Shown piece by piece: positions 29,001 to 36,547 of a stretch of 64,000 bases of DNA. This stretch comes from Oligoflexales bacterium (GTDB taxonomy: Bacteria > Bdellovibrionota_B > Oligoflexia > Oligoflexales > JAPPIL01), in NCBI GenBank assembly GCA_965215515.1, contig OZ244057.1:1088001-1152000 (forward strand), in the 5' to 3' direction. Made by a program: the position numbers and the translations under genes. The number at the start of each line of letters is the position of its first letter. The first letter of the stretch is position 1. The notes beneath the pieces were generated by a model. The model made no database searches, was not told where the DNA came from, and saw only the letters and a program-made list of their open reading frames with translations.

Positions 29001-29322
29001 CAATATCGATGATATCGATGCCGAAAACCCTAGCAACGCTGAGTGGCAAGCTAACAATAATCAATTTCAACAACAACCAGGACAACAAGGCAATCAGCAA
29101 GGTTTTGGGCAAAACAGCCAACAATTCAACGATGAGGAATTCAATAATGCACAACTAAATAACGAAGATTTCAACAATGCGCAACTTAATGATGAGGATC
29201 TCAATGATGAAGAAACGCAAGATGTTGAAGAGATAGACTTAAACGAAGAACAGAACGATGATGACCAGGAAGAAAATGCGTTTACTATAGATCAGCAACA
29301 GAATCTCGGTAACCAGTTTTAG
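25999..29322 (+). CDS. pilQ: Type IV pilus secretin PilQ, unusually long (1107 aa), probable lipoprotein
   Basis: LPSC lipobox, NVPWDEAL, DGRTNSLLI, PQVKIASRIVE, GVPLLSAIPILGALF, ELLFLVTP. Confidence 0.93.
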   Translation: MKSKLTFILAITLLPSCSAAQTEEDAALQSTVDAAIINAQDIDSDEQDVDQLVQQQDFDEQQEENNIVIENNQDISDEQGAIDEFDEIVGQQNNDNFNLEENEFNQQGIAQQEDIFGQQFQQSNEQMLLNEDMPEAPADEQALVEVDTEGSDTAVEVDTEGSDTTASTGVVHWIGYVYKAEETLVNIEIVTKNNPKFDIYQEINRAKQKEIVVRYYNTRLRKKMQRDIDASEFRSPVAYIRTRQGKEEGVVEVVLTIRDEVETKYLAKENSLLLSFPIPKRYFGNDEVAVEPSEQAIDLSSPLIIVQMEDSKPPRLGKVLGYVFNREVFKEVDVDSMQTLPAEPISFGNTVENAAIEEDSNNTTLTAENSINNTNDDNYEQQNQQEDFQENFQENFQENDNYEQQNQQENFQENFQENQQENFQENDNEESAAFHEAIFLHVGQDAADDFSTPNSLSNDTTDAEGLPVETNNATPPDAAVNALPETGQVTGNTQEMGQINANNINNSVASEEALLDEDSLLAPLHGVETVGKESAEEDIAVSEAKAVRMVFRDAPLSEVLHAIRVETGTNFIFTPNIGSRRIFLNLSNVPWDEALRALLEVNNLGMVKIGDNLVRIDTLSAIEAYKKQVQSLQIQEGRLQATKIMIIKLSHAKAGEMQGMIKNLLAKVISEDERIRVEVDGRTNSLLIEALPQDLAKIRVLIDRLDYRAPQVKIASRIVEILDNTATGFGISWSGPINYDQSRGLGFGSLIFPNFATASFAIDGGGGGLTGGDNHGASFGVHFGSLNDSVALDLRLNMSEIQGRTETLQTNNVIVQDGGTASISTGTSDHFILQGGGDQGGSVQTVSYNVSLSVSPTITADNSVEMTINISSNTPTTSGAGQTSSSNRSINTSLLRQSGETLAIGGLYTMNKTKGHGGVPLLSAIPILGALFRSYSKAESRRELLFLVTPTILHSGKAGDDDDDFGEQGNTNFGNNMQANNQFQESNQFQEGNQLQEEQNFNIDDIDAENPSNAEWQANNNQFQQQPGQQGNQQGFGQNSQQFNDEEFNNAQLNNEDFNNAQLNDEDLNDEETQDVEEIDLNEEQNDDDQEENAFTIDQQQNLGNQF
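26428..26490 (+). repeat. 33-bp in-frame tandem repeat (VEVDTEGSDT x2) in pilQ
   Basis: gttgaagttgacacggaagggagtgacaca at 26428 and 26461. Confidence 0.95.
27124..27281 (+). repeat. Nested in-frame repeats in pilQ (69-bp period with 12-bp ENFQ units)
   Basis: gataattatgagcagcaaaatcaacaagaa at 27127 and 27196; multiple gaaaacttcca(a/g) units. Confidence 0.92.
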
Positions 29323-29375
29323 ATTAGCTAGTGATGTTTTAGGTTATAATTTAATAACTCAAACACGGTAAGAAA

Positions 29376-29921
29376 ATGTTTTTTTTGAGAAAAATTACTC
29401 GTGGTGCAGCACTGGCCTTTGCCACCATGTGCCTAAGCACTTGTGCGGGTAAAGTCGAAGGGCCAGCTGATTGCCCTATCGATTGTAGTAACGCCATCAA
29501 CGCGGTGAGCAACACGGTAATTACGCCGCTTATCCCCAGTGTAACAGTCAATTGTCAGGGCTCAACTGTGCCCAAAGTTGTGGAATTACTATTTACTATC
29601 GAAGCGCCCAGCGGTGAGAGTGAGGTGAATCCAACCACAACCACGGGGGCTATCTCTCGTCCCAGTATTAGTTTTCGTCCCGTGTTCAACGGCAGCTATG
29701 ATCCTAGTAAAACTAGCCTTCCTAACCAGGAACCTCAGTACAAAGGCATCCAAACGCCAAAAAATCAGTGGTGTAGCAGTACTTGTGGGGTGGCCAGAAT
29801 AGATGTCTGGCCGCAATGCGAAGAGGGAACTACGCTCACACATACGATGATGGTCATTTCAGGGCCTATCGCTTCACCTCCCATAAATATCTCCATGGTT
29901 GATACCACAGAGGAGGGCTGA
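29376..29921 (+). CDS. Hypothetical Cys-rich exported protein/lipoprotein directly after pilQ
   Basis: Signal-like leader ending LSTC; six further Cys (CPIDC, C, CSSTC, C). Confidence 0.75.
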   Translation: MFFLRKITRGAALAFATMCLSTCAGKVEGPADCPIDCSNAINAVSNTVITPLIPSVTVNCQGSTVPKVVELLFTIEAPSGESEVNPTTTTGAISRPSISFRPVFNGSYDPSKTSLPNQEPQYKGIQTPKNQWCSSTCGVARIDVWPQCEEGTTLTHTMMVISGPIASPPINISMVDTTEEG

Positions 29922-29924
29922 GTT

Positions 29925-30833
29925 ATGCAGGCATTGCCATCATCGGCATATTACCTAACCATCCTCGATAACTTCCCGTTGTTGCAATCAGATCGAGTAT
30001 TGTTGGAACGTTTTCGCCGCAATCCTGAGGGTCGTGGTTTTTTATCGGTGGCAGAGTTACTTAAGGCGTGTAATTTTCCTGCCGAAAGTCTTGAACTTTT
30101 GCAGAGTGGGGTCGCCGCACACCCTCGTTTTAGTGCGGCACGTGTCGTGTTGGCCAAAGAATTTTTTCAACGTGGCATGATCTGTGAGGCACTATCTATT
30201 ATTGAAGAGTCGCCTGTCAACCTCAAAACCAATATCATGGCACAGAAAATAAAATTGAAAGCACTGCTGTTATTGCAGCATGAGAAAGAATTTTGCGCGG
30301 TGCTTGATTTTCTGAGTGCGGATCGTGCTCTTGATGATGAGTGTGAGCAGCTCGCGCGTCTATTCCATCGTGATGGTTTTGGGCAAGCGTCGTCAGCCTT
30401 TGCGGCACGTCTTGTTACTGAAGGTGTGCCTGTCAACACCACTCCACCGTCTGTGCCTGTTACGCCCCCAAACTCATCTCCCCCCCCGCCAGAGCTTGGC
30501 AATTACTGGATCATGCCTGTCGATGAAATTTTTTTTCGTCCTACGGCTAACCGAGATGGGAGAGTTGCTGAGCTTGAGACAAAAGCAATGGCACAAGTTT
30601 ACGAGGATCAAGGCAATTATAGTAAAGCTTTGCAAATTTATCGATGTTTGTTAGCAAAGTTGCCGCACAATGAATTTTTAAGACATAAGGTAATCGAATT
30701 GGCACAGCTAGCTAAGCAACATAAACATCACCATCTGGTGCTCGATGCAGCCACTATTTCTAGAATAGAACAACTAGATAAAATTGATTTTAAACTAAAA
30801 AAATGTCGTGATTTTTTGCAGAAATTGCCATGA
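29925..30833 (+). CDS. TPR-repeat protein
   Basis: Helical repeats, e.g. HPRFSAARVVLAK and TKAMAQVYEDQGNYSKALQIY. Confidence 0.8.
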   Translation: MQALPSSAYYLTILDNFPLLQSDRVLLERFRRNPEGRGFLSVAELLKACNFPAESLELLQSGVAAHPRFSAARVVLAKEFFQRGMICEALSIIEESPVNLKTNIMAQKIKLKALLLLQHEKEFCAVLDFLSADRALDDECEQLARLFHRDGFGQASSAFAARLVTEGVPVNTTPPSVPVTPPNSSPPPPELGNYWIMPVDEIFFRPTANRDGRVAELETKAMAQVYEDQGNYSKALQIYRCLLAKLPHNEFLRHKVIELAQLAKQHKHHHLVLDAATISRIEQLDKIDFKLKKCRDFLQKLP

Positions 30834-31285
30834 ACAAAATAATCGTTGCCAACGGTGTTAACCTAGATCTCTGCGGACAGCGTGATGCCGAGCTGTACAG
30901 CAAGTTTACCCTTCTGCAACTTGAAAGTTATTTGCGGCAGCATGCAACGAGACTGTGCCCTTTGTTCAATTGCCATGATTGTGAATTAGTTTTTTTGCAA
31001 ACTAATTGTGAACATGAATTTCTCGCAGCAATATCAAAATCATGGTGCGGTGCATTGCTCAACCCAGGGGCTTGGACACATACCAGCCTTGCTCTCGGTG
31101 ATCGTCTAGCTGCTTTATCGCTGAAGTTCGTGGAAGTACACATCTCTCCGTTAGCAAGGAGAGCGACGCGGCGTGCGCGTTCCTACAGTGCTCCTTATGC
31201 TATTGGAGTAGTGAATGGTTTTGGTATTGATTCATATCTTGTTGCGCTTGTCGGTTTACTCAGTCACTTGCAGAGAGTAGCGTGA
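30830..31285 (+). CDS. aroQ: Type II 3-dehydroquinate dehydratase (divergent)
   Basis: NGVNLDLCGQRDAELY, NPGAWTHTS, EVHIS, GFGIDSY. Confidence 0.88.
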   Translation: MNKIIVANGVNLDLCGQRDAELYSKFTLLQLESYLRQHATRLCPLFNCHDCELVFLQTNCEHEFLAAISKSWCGALLNPGAWTHTSLALGDRLAALSLKFVEVHISPLARRATRRARSYSAPYAIGVVNGFGIDSYLVALVGLLSHLQRVA

Positions 31286-33516
31286 AGATTGATATTAAAC
31301 AGCTATCGTCCGCTTATCAGGAAAATTTTAAAAAAAGTGAGGTAATTCTTTCTTTTCATGATTTTTTGCAACGTCTTGCTGCCCAGCCTCGTCGCTTGCT
31401 AAGAAATTCTGCTCAATACTTGCTAGATACTTTTGATCATTTTGGACGCGAGGAAAGCGATGTTGACAACAAATTTCGTCTGCGCCTCTTCGATCTTTCT
31501 ACTCCCAACTGTCCTACGATCATCGGCTGCGAGGAAGTGCAACACTCTATTTATGAAGCGGTACATACTTTTTGCACACAAGGACAGATCAATAAACTCA
31601 TCATGTTACATGGCCCCAACGGGGCTGCCAAGACTTCTATGATTGAAACAATTGCGGAAGCTATGTATCGCTATTCAACTCGTGAGGAAGGCTGTGTTTA
31701 TCGCTTTAATTGGATTTTTCCTCAAGATCCTGACAAGGTTGCATGGTTGAAAGGAGAAAGTCGTCCCATCGGATTTAACGACGAAGAGCCACATCGTGCT
31801 AAAGCAAATTCCTACGCTGACCTTAACGATGATCAGATAAGTTGCAAAATTCCTTCCGAGTTTAAAGAAAATCCTCTTTACCTTTTACCGATGCCACAAC
31901 GAGCGCAAATTATCAAACAGTGGCTGGCTGAGAGTGAGAATATTCCTGTTGAAGAAGTTGAATTGCCACCCCATGTGTTGTTGTCAGGTCTCTCGAAACG
32001 TAACCAGCTTATCTTTGAAAACCTCCTCAATGGCTATAACGGTAGCCTTAACGAAGTTTATCGCCACGTGCAGGTTGAGCGGTTTTATTTTTCTAAACAA
32101 TATCGAGTAGGTATTGCAACTGTTGAACCGCAGATGTCTATCGATGCCCATGAAAAACAACTAACGATGGAACGTTATGTTGCAAGTCTACCGTCAGTGT
32201 TACAAAATTTTCGTTTGCATGAATCGTTTGGTGAGCTTGTGGAAGCAAACAGAGGATTTTTAGAATTTTCTGACTTGCTGAAGCGTCCTCTAGAAACTTT
32301 CAAGTACTTGTTATCGACCATTGAAAAATCTATCTTAAATCTACAAGCAAGCACTATCCCTCTTGACTTGGTTTTTTTTGCCACCAGCAACGAAAAACAT
32401 CTCGATGCTTTCAAAACCAATCCTGATTTCAGTTCCTTTCGTGAACGTTTCAATCTTATCACTGTTCCCTATCTTTTAAGCCCCTCTCGTGAAAAACAAA
32501 TTTACCAGCGTGATTTAGAAATGCTTAGTAATACATTTAAAATTGCCCCTCATGCCATTGAAATGTTGTGCCTATGGGGCGTGATGACAAGACTGAAACA
32601 ACCTGACACAAAAAATTACGACAAACAACATCACGACTTGCTTGCACGTCTCGATCCCCGCAACAAAGTTAGATTGTATGAACAGGATAAGCTCGATGAA
32701 AAATTTACCGCCACCGAAGCTGCTTCCTTACGAGGATTACGTAAAAAAATAAAAAATGAAACCCAAGGCTCAATTGTTTTTGAAGGCCGCTTCGGCATCT
32801 CGCCACGAGAAATGAAATCCGTCATCTATCGCGCCGCACAGCATGCCCAACAGAAAATGCTGACCGCGGTGGAAATTTTTACTGAACTGGAACGTATGGT
32901 CAAGGAGCGTAGTGTCTATGAGTTTTTACAGTTTGAGCCGCGTGAAAAATATCACGATGCCGAGTTTTTTCTTACTGTAGTTAAAGATGAGTTCTGCCAC
33001 ATCTTTTATCACCAACTGCTAGAAGCAATGACCCTGATCGATCATCAGGCCTACGCTAGGCTTATCGCCAGCTACGTTGAAAATGTTGCAGGCGACATCA
33101 AAAAAGAAAAAATTCTTGACCGCACGACAGGGGAAACAAACCCACCTTCGCAGCACATTATGAGTAATGTTGAAAAAATTATTGGCGTAAAAGATAATCA
33201 ACGCCGTCATCGCGAGTCAGTCTTGAATAGGCTGGCTGCTTTCAAGCTAGATCATCCTGATAAAAAGGTTAATCTACAAGAAATTTTTAGTGATTTTGTC
33301 GAAAAAATTCGCACTTACTACTTTAAGGAGAACGAAAAACAGGTTGAATCAAACTTCAAGGCAATGCTATCACTCCCCCCAGACAAACATAGCCTGACAA
33401 AGGAAGAAGCTGAACTAGCGGCAGCAACTTTTTCCAACCTCAAAGAGAAATATGGCTACTGCGAAGAGATGGTGCTCACACAGCTTAAGTTTTTAATTAA
33501 GCGTATGAAAAAATGA
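31282..33516 (+). CDS. prkA: PrkA/YeaG-family AAA+ serine protein kinase
   Basis: LHGPNGAAKTS Walker A, GELVEANRGFLEF, VPY, IAPHAIE, GISPRE. Confidence 0.9.
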   Translation: MKIDIKQLSSAYQENFKKSEVILSFHDFLQRLAAQPRRLLRNSAQYLLDTFDHFGREESDVDNKFRLRLFDLSTPNCPTIIGCEEVQHSIYEAVHTFCTQGQINKLIMLHGPNGAAKTSMIETIAEAMYRYSTREEGCVYRFNWIFPQDPDKVAWLKGESRPIGFNDEEPHRAKANSYADLNDDQISCKIPSEFKENPLYLLPMPQRAQIIKQWLAESENIPVEEVELPPHVLLSGLSKRNQLIFENLLNGYNGSLNEVYRHVQVERFYFSKQYRVGIATVEPQMSIDAHEKQLTMERYVASLPSVLQNFRLHESFGELVEANRGFLEFSDLLKRPLETFKYLLSTIEKSILNLQASTIPLDLVFFATSNEKHLDAFKTNPDFSSFRERFNLITVPYLLSPSREKQIYQRDLEMLSNTFKIAPHAIEMLCLWGVMTRLKQPDTKNYDKQHHDLLARLDPRNKVRLYEQDKLDEKFTATEAASLRGLRKKIKNETQGSIVFEGRFGISPREMKSVIYRAAQHAQQKMLTAVEIFTELERMVKERSVYEFLQFEPREKYHDAEFFLTVVKDEFCHIFYHQLLEAMTLIDHQAYARLIASYVENVAGDIKKEKILDRTTGETNPPSQHIMSNVEKIIGVKDNQRRHRESVLNRLAAFKLDHPDKKVNLQEIFSDFVEKIRTYYFKENEKQVESNFKAMLSLPPDKHSLTKEEAELAAATFSNLKEKYGYCEEMVLTQLKFLIKRMKK

Positions 33517-33585
33517 TTTTTTGTTAAGAAAGAGGACACGCTAATTTCAGCTTATAGAAAGGATTTGATAGAATAGAGATAGAGA

Positions 33586-34032
33586 TTGTCTGACGAGAGT
33601 ATGCCCGTGCCCGCACGAGCCGACATCGCTTTCGAATTGTTAGAACTATGCGAAGCTTTGTTAGTGAATATCGAGCAGCAGCTGCTCTATTATCGTGCCA
33701 GCGTTTACAAAGAAGAAACCGCCCGCAACGTCGAAGCTGGTGTTGTCAGGTTGCAAAATATCTTAGAAATGTTTAATGACAACACGTTACTTGAACCGCT
33801 GGCAGATTATCGTGCGCTGCAATTGCACGATCTTAAACTCACCCCTGGAGAATGTTCCTTCTCTCGCAAGGTATCGTTGCTAGTAGTTGCGGCCCGCGGG
33901 CAACTGCGCCTTTATCGTCGAGCCATGCCGCCTGACGTTGATCTACGTTCCCAAATCCAACATAAACGTCAACAGGTGCTGTCTCTCTGTCGGCAAGGCT
34001 CACGGCAATGGAGCTTTTTTCGCTCTCTATAG
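33586..34032 (+). CDS. Hypothetical helical protein
   Basis: 148-aa ORF co-oriented after prkA, TTG start. Confidence 0.65.
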   Translation: MSDESMPVPARADIAFELLELCEALLVNIEQQLLYYRASVYKEETARNVEAGVVRLQNILEMFNDNTLLEPLADYRALQLHDLKLTPGECSFSRKVSLLVVAARGQLRLYRRAMPPDVDLRSQIQHKRQQVLSLCRQGSRQWSFFRSL

Positions 34033-34350
34033 CGTGCAGCTTTTCCGCAAATTGCTGTTCTGAAAGCGATAGAGTGTCCGCTTTTTACGGGGGCATCTAC
34101 AGATGTGCGTAAGCGTGTGCTAATGCCCTCGCGATACACTTGCTCGATGGTGGCGCTAGTGCGCAATTCGGCCTTGTGGTCGATGATCTTGCCGCCGACC
34201 CGACGCGTGCCGTAAGCTAGCCTAGAGCCGCGGTATTCGAATCGCTCCGAGTATGCTGCAGCGAGCTCGCCGCACTAGCAGGGTCTTGCGAAGATATTTA
34301 CCGTGCGGCGGAGAAAGAACCATCCACCGCACACCGACAAACGTCGAGAA

Positions 34351-34929
34351 TTAATGGGGGCGATGCACGAACACACGTTTGAAGTCTTCCATCCAAGTGA
34401 ACTTCAGCCCCTCGGCTTCAGTCCCCATCGATCCTGTGGAAGCAAGCCGAAAGTTGCCGTGCTCATCCGTATAACTGCGATAATGCTGCAAGCCATAATG
34501 CCCATTGCCCGCCTTGTAGTCTAAATACATAGAACTACCTACCGAATACCCCCAACCGCTTTTGTGATAGGCAGTAAGATCGACCACCTCATGCTCAGCA
34601 ACCGCACTCTCACGCTCCTCGTTCGGCACATAAATACTAAAGAAACCATTGTCCTCAACCTGTGCGACGAAATGCGGATGCCTCTCATACGTGTCAAACA
34701 TAACGCGATGCTGAAAGAGAATAGCATGATTGCCGAGATTGCGCATCGTCAGCGAAATAAGAAAAGAATCTTTTCTGCCCCTAGGAGCGGTGGCCATCGT
34801 ACCCTCGCCATGCCAATAAATAAAACCCTCAGGCTTGCCCGCGTTCTCCTCCGCAGCAAACTCAGTCAAAGAAAATGAAAAAACTGGCCAAGACCACAAC
34901 ATAATCAAAACAGTAGCTAAAAACTTCAT
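34351..34929 (-). CDS. Hypothetical secreted beta-strand protein
   Basis: MKFLATVLIMLWSWPVFS signal peptide, GGAGG RBS, upstream TTGCGA-N17-TACACT promoter. Confidence 0.8.
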   Translation of the reverse strand: MKFLATVLIMLWSWPVFSFSLTEFAAEENAGKPEGFIYWHGEGTMATAPRGRKDSFLISLTMRNLGNHAILFQHRVMFDTYERHPHFVAQVEDNGFFSIYVPNEERESAVAEHEVVDLTAYHKSGWGYSVGSSMYLDYKAGNGHYGLQHYRSYTDEHGNFRLASTGSMGTEAEGLKFTWMEDFKRVFVHRPH

Positions 34930-35035
34930 ACCAAAACCCTCCCAAAAAAGAAAATGACAACATAACGCAGTGTACAAGATAGCACCACATCTCGCAACGC
35001 ACAACCATGATTAAGCTAAAATTGTGCGCCGCCCC

Positions 35036-35389
35036 TCAGGGCATAGAGACGATAACAGAGCGCAGTCTTTCTTCGGCCGCGAGCCACTGCGCGGCACTGC
35101 GGGCATCGATGTGAAACTGGCTAAAAAGCTCACGCAACATCACCTGGCGGCGGTTGAAATGTGCATGACGGATAGGCAACGGTTGGTGCAGCTGAGCGAG
35201 CGTCCGCCCGCGGTAAGCCTGAGGACCACCGAGCATGCCGATAGAAAAAGCCAGCTGACCCGCAAGCAAGCGAGCATGGTCGTGTCGAAAGAAGAAATGA
35301 CCTATGATAGGATCGCACTCCGCACGCTGATAAAACTCGGTGATAACGGCGGTAATTTTCTCCGCGCCGAGCCTGTGATAAACGTTCAT
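35036..35389 (-). CDS. glbN: Group I truncated hemoglobin (GlbN-like)
   Basis: YHRLG, EFY (B10 Tyr), HFF (CD1 Phe), LGGPQAYRGR, proximal His in LHQPL. Confidence 0.88.
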   Translation of the reverse strand: MNVYHRLGAEKITAVITEFYQRAECDPIIGHFFFRHDHARLLAGQLAFSIGMLGGPQAYRGRTLAQLHQPLPIRHAHFNRRQVMLRELFSQFHIDARSAAQWLAAEERLRSVIVSMP

Positions 35390-35703
35390 GCGCCGTGCGG
35401 CAAAATATCGCCCAGCTTGCCGTCGCGATGCAGACGCATGACAATATCACACCCACCGATGAACTCCCCCTTGACGTAAAGCTGAGGCACCGTCGGCCAG
35501 TTAGTGAAAACCTTGATCCCCTCGCGCAGATCCTCGTCGGACAACACATCGACATCATGAAACACCACCCGATGCTCACGCAAAACCTGCACTACCTGCG
35601 CGGAAAATCCACACTGCGGCTCATCCTTCGTGCCCTTCATGAACAACACCGTGTCATGGCTGGCAATAGTATCCCGAATCTGCCGCTCGATATCCGTGTG
35701 CAT
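35386..35703 (-). CDS. grxD: Monothiol glutaredoxin
   Basis: LFMKG, PQCGFS, WPTVPQLY, GGCD. Confidence 0.96.
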   Translation of the reverse strand: MHTDIERQIRDTIASHDTVLFMKGTKDEPQCGFSAQVVQVLREHRVVFHDVDVLSDEDLREGIKVFTNWPTVPQLYVKGEFIGGCDIVMRLHRDGKLGDILPHGA

Positions 35704-35866
35704 ATCATCTCCCCTCACTTATCCACCGCCCGCGATGGTAGACGTACCGCGCAGAAATGGCAAGAAGATTGCAAAAGTTTTACCTCCGTGATAGCGTGAA
35801 GATGGCCGCGTTGTTCGTCAGCACCTGACAGGCGGCGTTTCACGACGACAGAGCAAGAGGTGAGCT

Positions 35867-36541
35867 GTGCCCCAGAGAACGACAGGGAGAAGAAGAGATA
35901 AAATAAATCACGTCGGTTACCTGTGTGAAGCACACGAGAAGATTCTGTTGGTAATCGACATCCTCCTCAGAGATAAACCAGACAGCAGTATCATCTTCTG
36001 CAACACAGGCGAGTGCGTCACCTTCGTGCGCAAGTACCTACAACGCTGCGGCTTCATCGTCCCCGCAGCACGCCCACAACGCAGCGTAGTCGTGGCCAGC
36101 GACGAGGCGGCGCGCGGCGTACAGCAACGCTACCACTGCGTCATCAATTTCGACATGCCCTTCGCCGTGCGCAACTACACCGCTCGCCTGGATCTGCTGG
36201 CACGCAACACAGGAGGACCTTGCATCAGCTTCCTGTGCGACCACTACAGCGACTTCGCCCCCCCCATAATCGCCCGCTACCGTCTGCAATGCAGCTGGCC
36301 CGCCGCCAACTTCAACAACTACCACCTCCCCGACCGCCAAGCGGTGAAGAATTGGTTGGCACTGAGCGACAACAGGAAACAAGCACATGACCAAGAACGA
36401 ACGCACCACAAAGGACGACAGGCTAGCAAATCGCCCCAACCTAGAGTAAGTTACGCGAGCAGAAAGGCTAACCAGATAGTCGCGGCGAAATCGCGGCGCA
36501 AATCAGTATGGGAAAGGATTCTTTCATTTTTGACAAAGTAG
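35867..36541 (+). CDS. Stand-alone degenerate DEAD-box helicase C-terminal domain with a basic tail
   Basis: IIFCNT (motif IV), ASDEAARG (motif V), VINFDMP. Motif VI and the DEAD domain are absent. Confidence 0.65.
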   Translation: MPQRTTGRRRDKINHVGYLCEAHEKILLVIDILLRDKPDSSIIFCNTGECVTFVRKYLQRCGFIVPAARPQRSVVVASDEAARGVQQRYHCVINFDMPFAVRNYTARLDLLARNTGGPCISFLCDHYSDFAPPIIARYRLQCSWPAANFNNYHLPDRQAVKNWLALSDNRKQAHDQERTHHKGRQASKSPQPRVSYASRKANQIVAAKSRRKSVWERILSFLTK

Positions 36542-36547
36542 AAAAGG

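Noticed and set aside
34033..34332. ~300-bp intergenic stretch with a weak minus-strand ORF and a hairpin at 34303-34332
   Set aside because: No recognisable motif. It may be a gene remnant plus terminator, but this cannot be supported.
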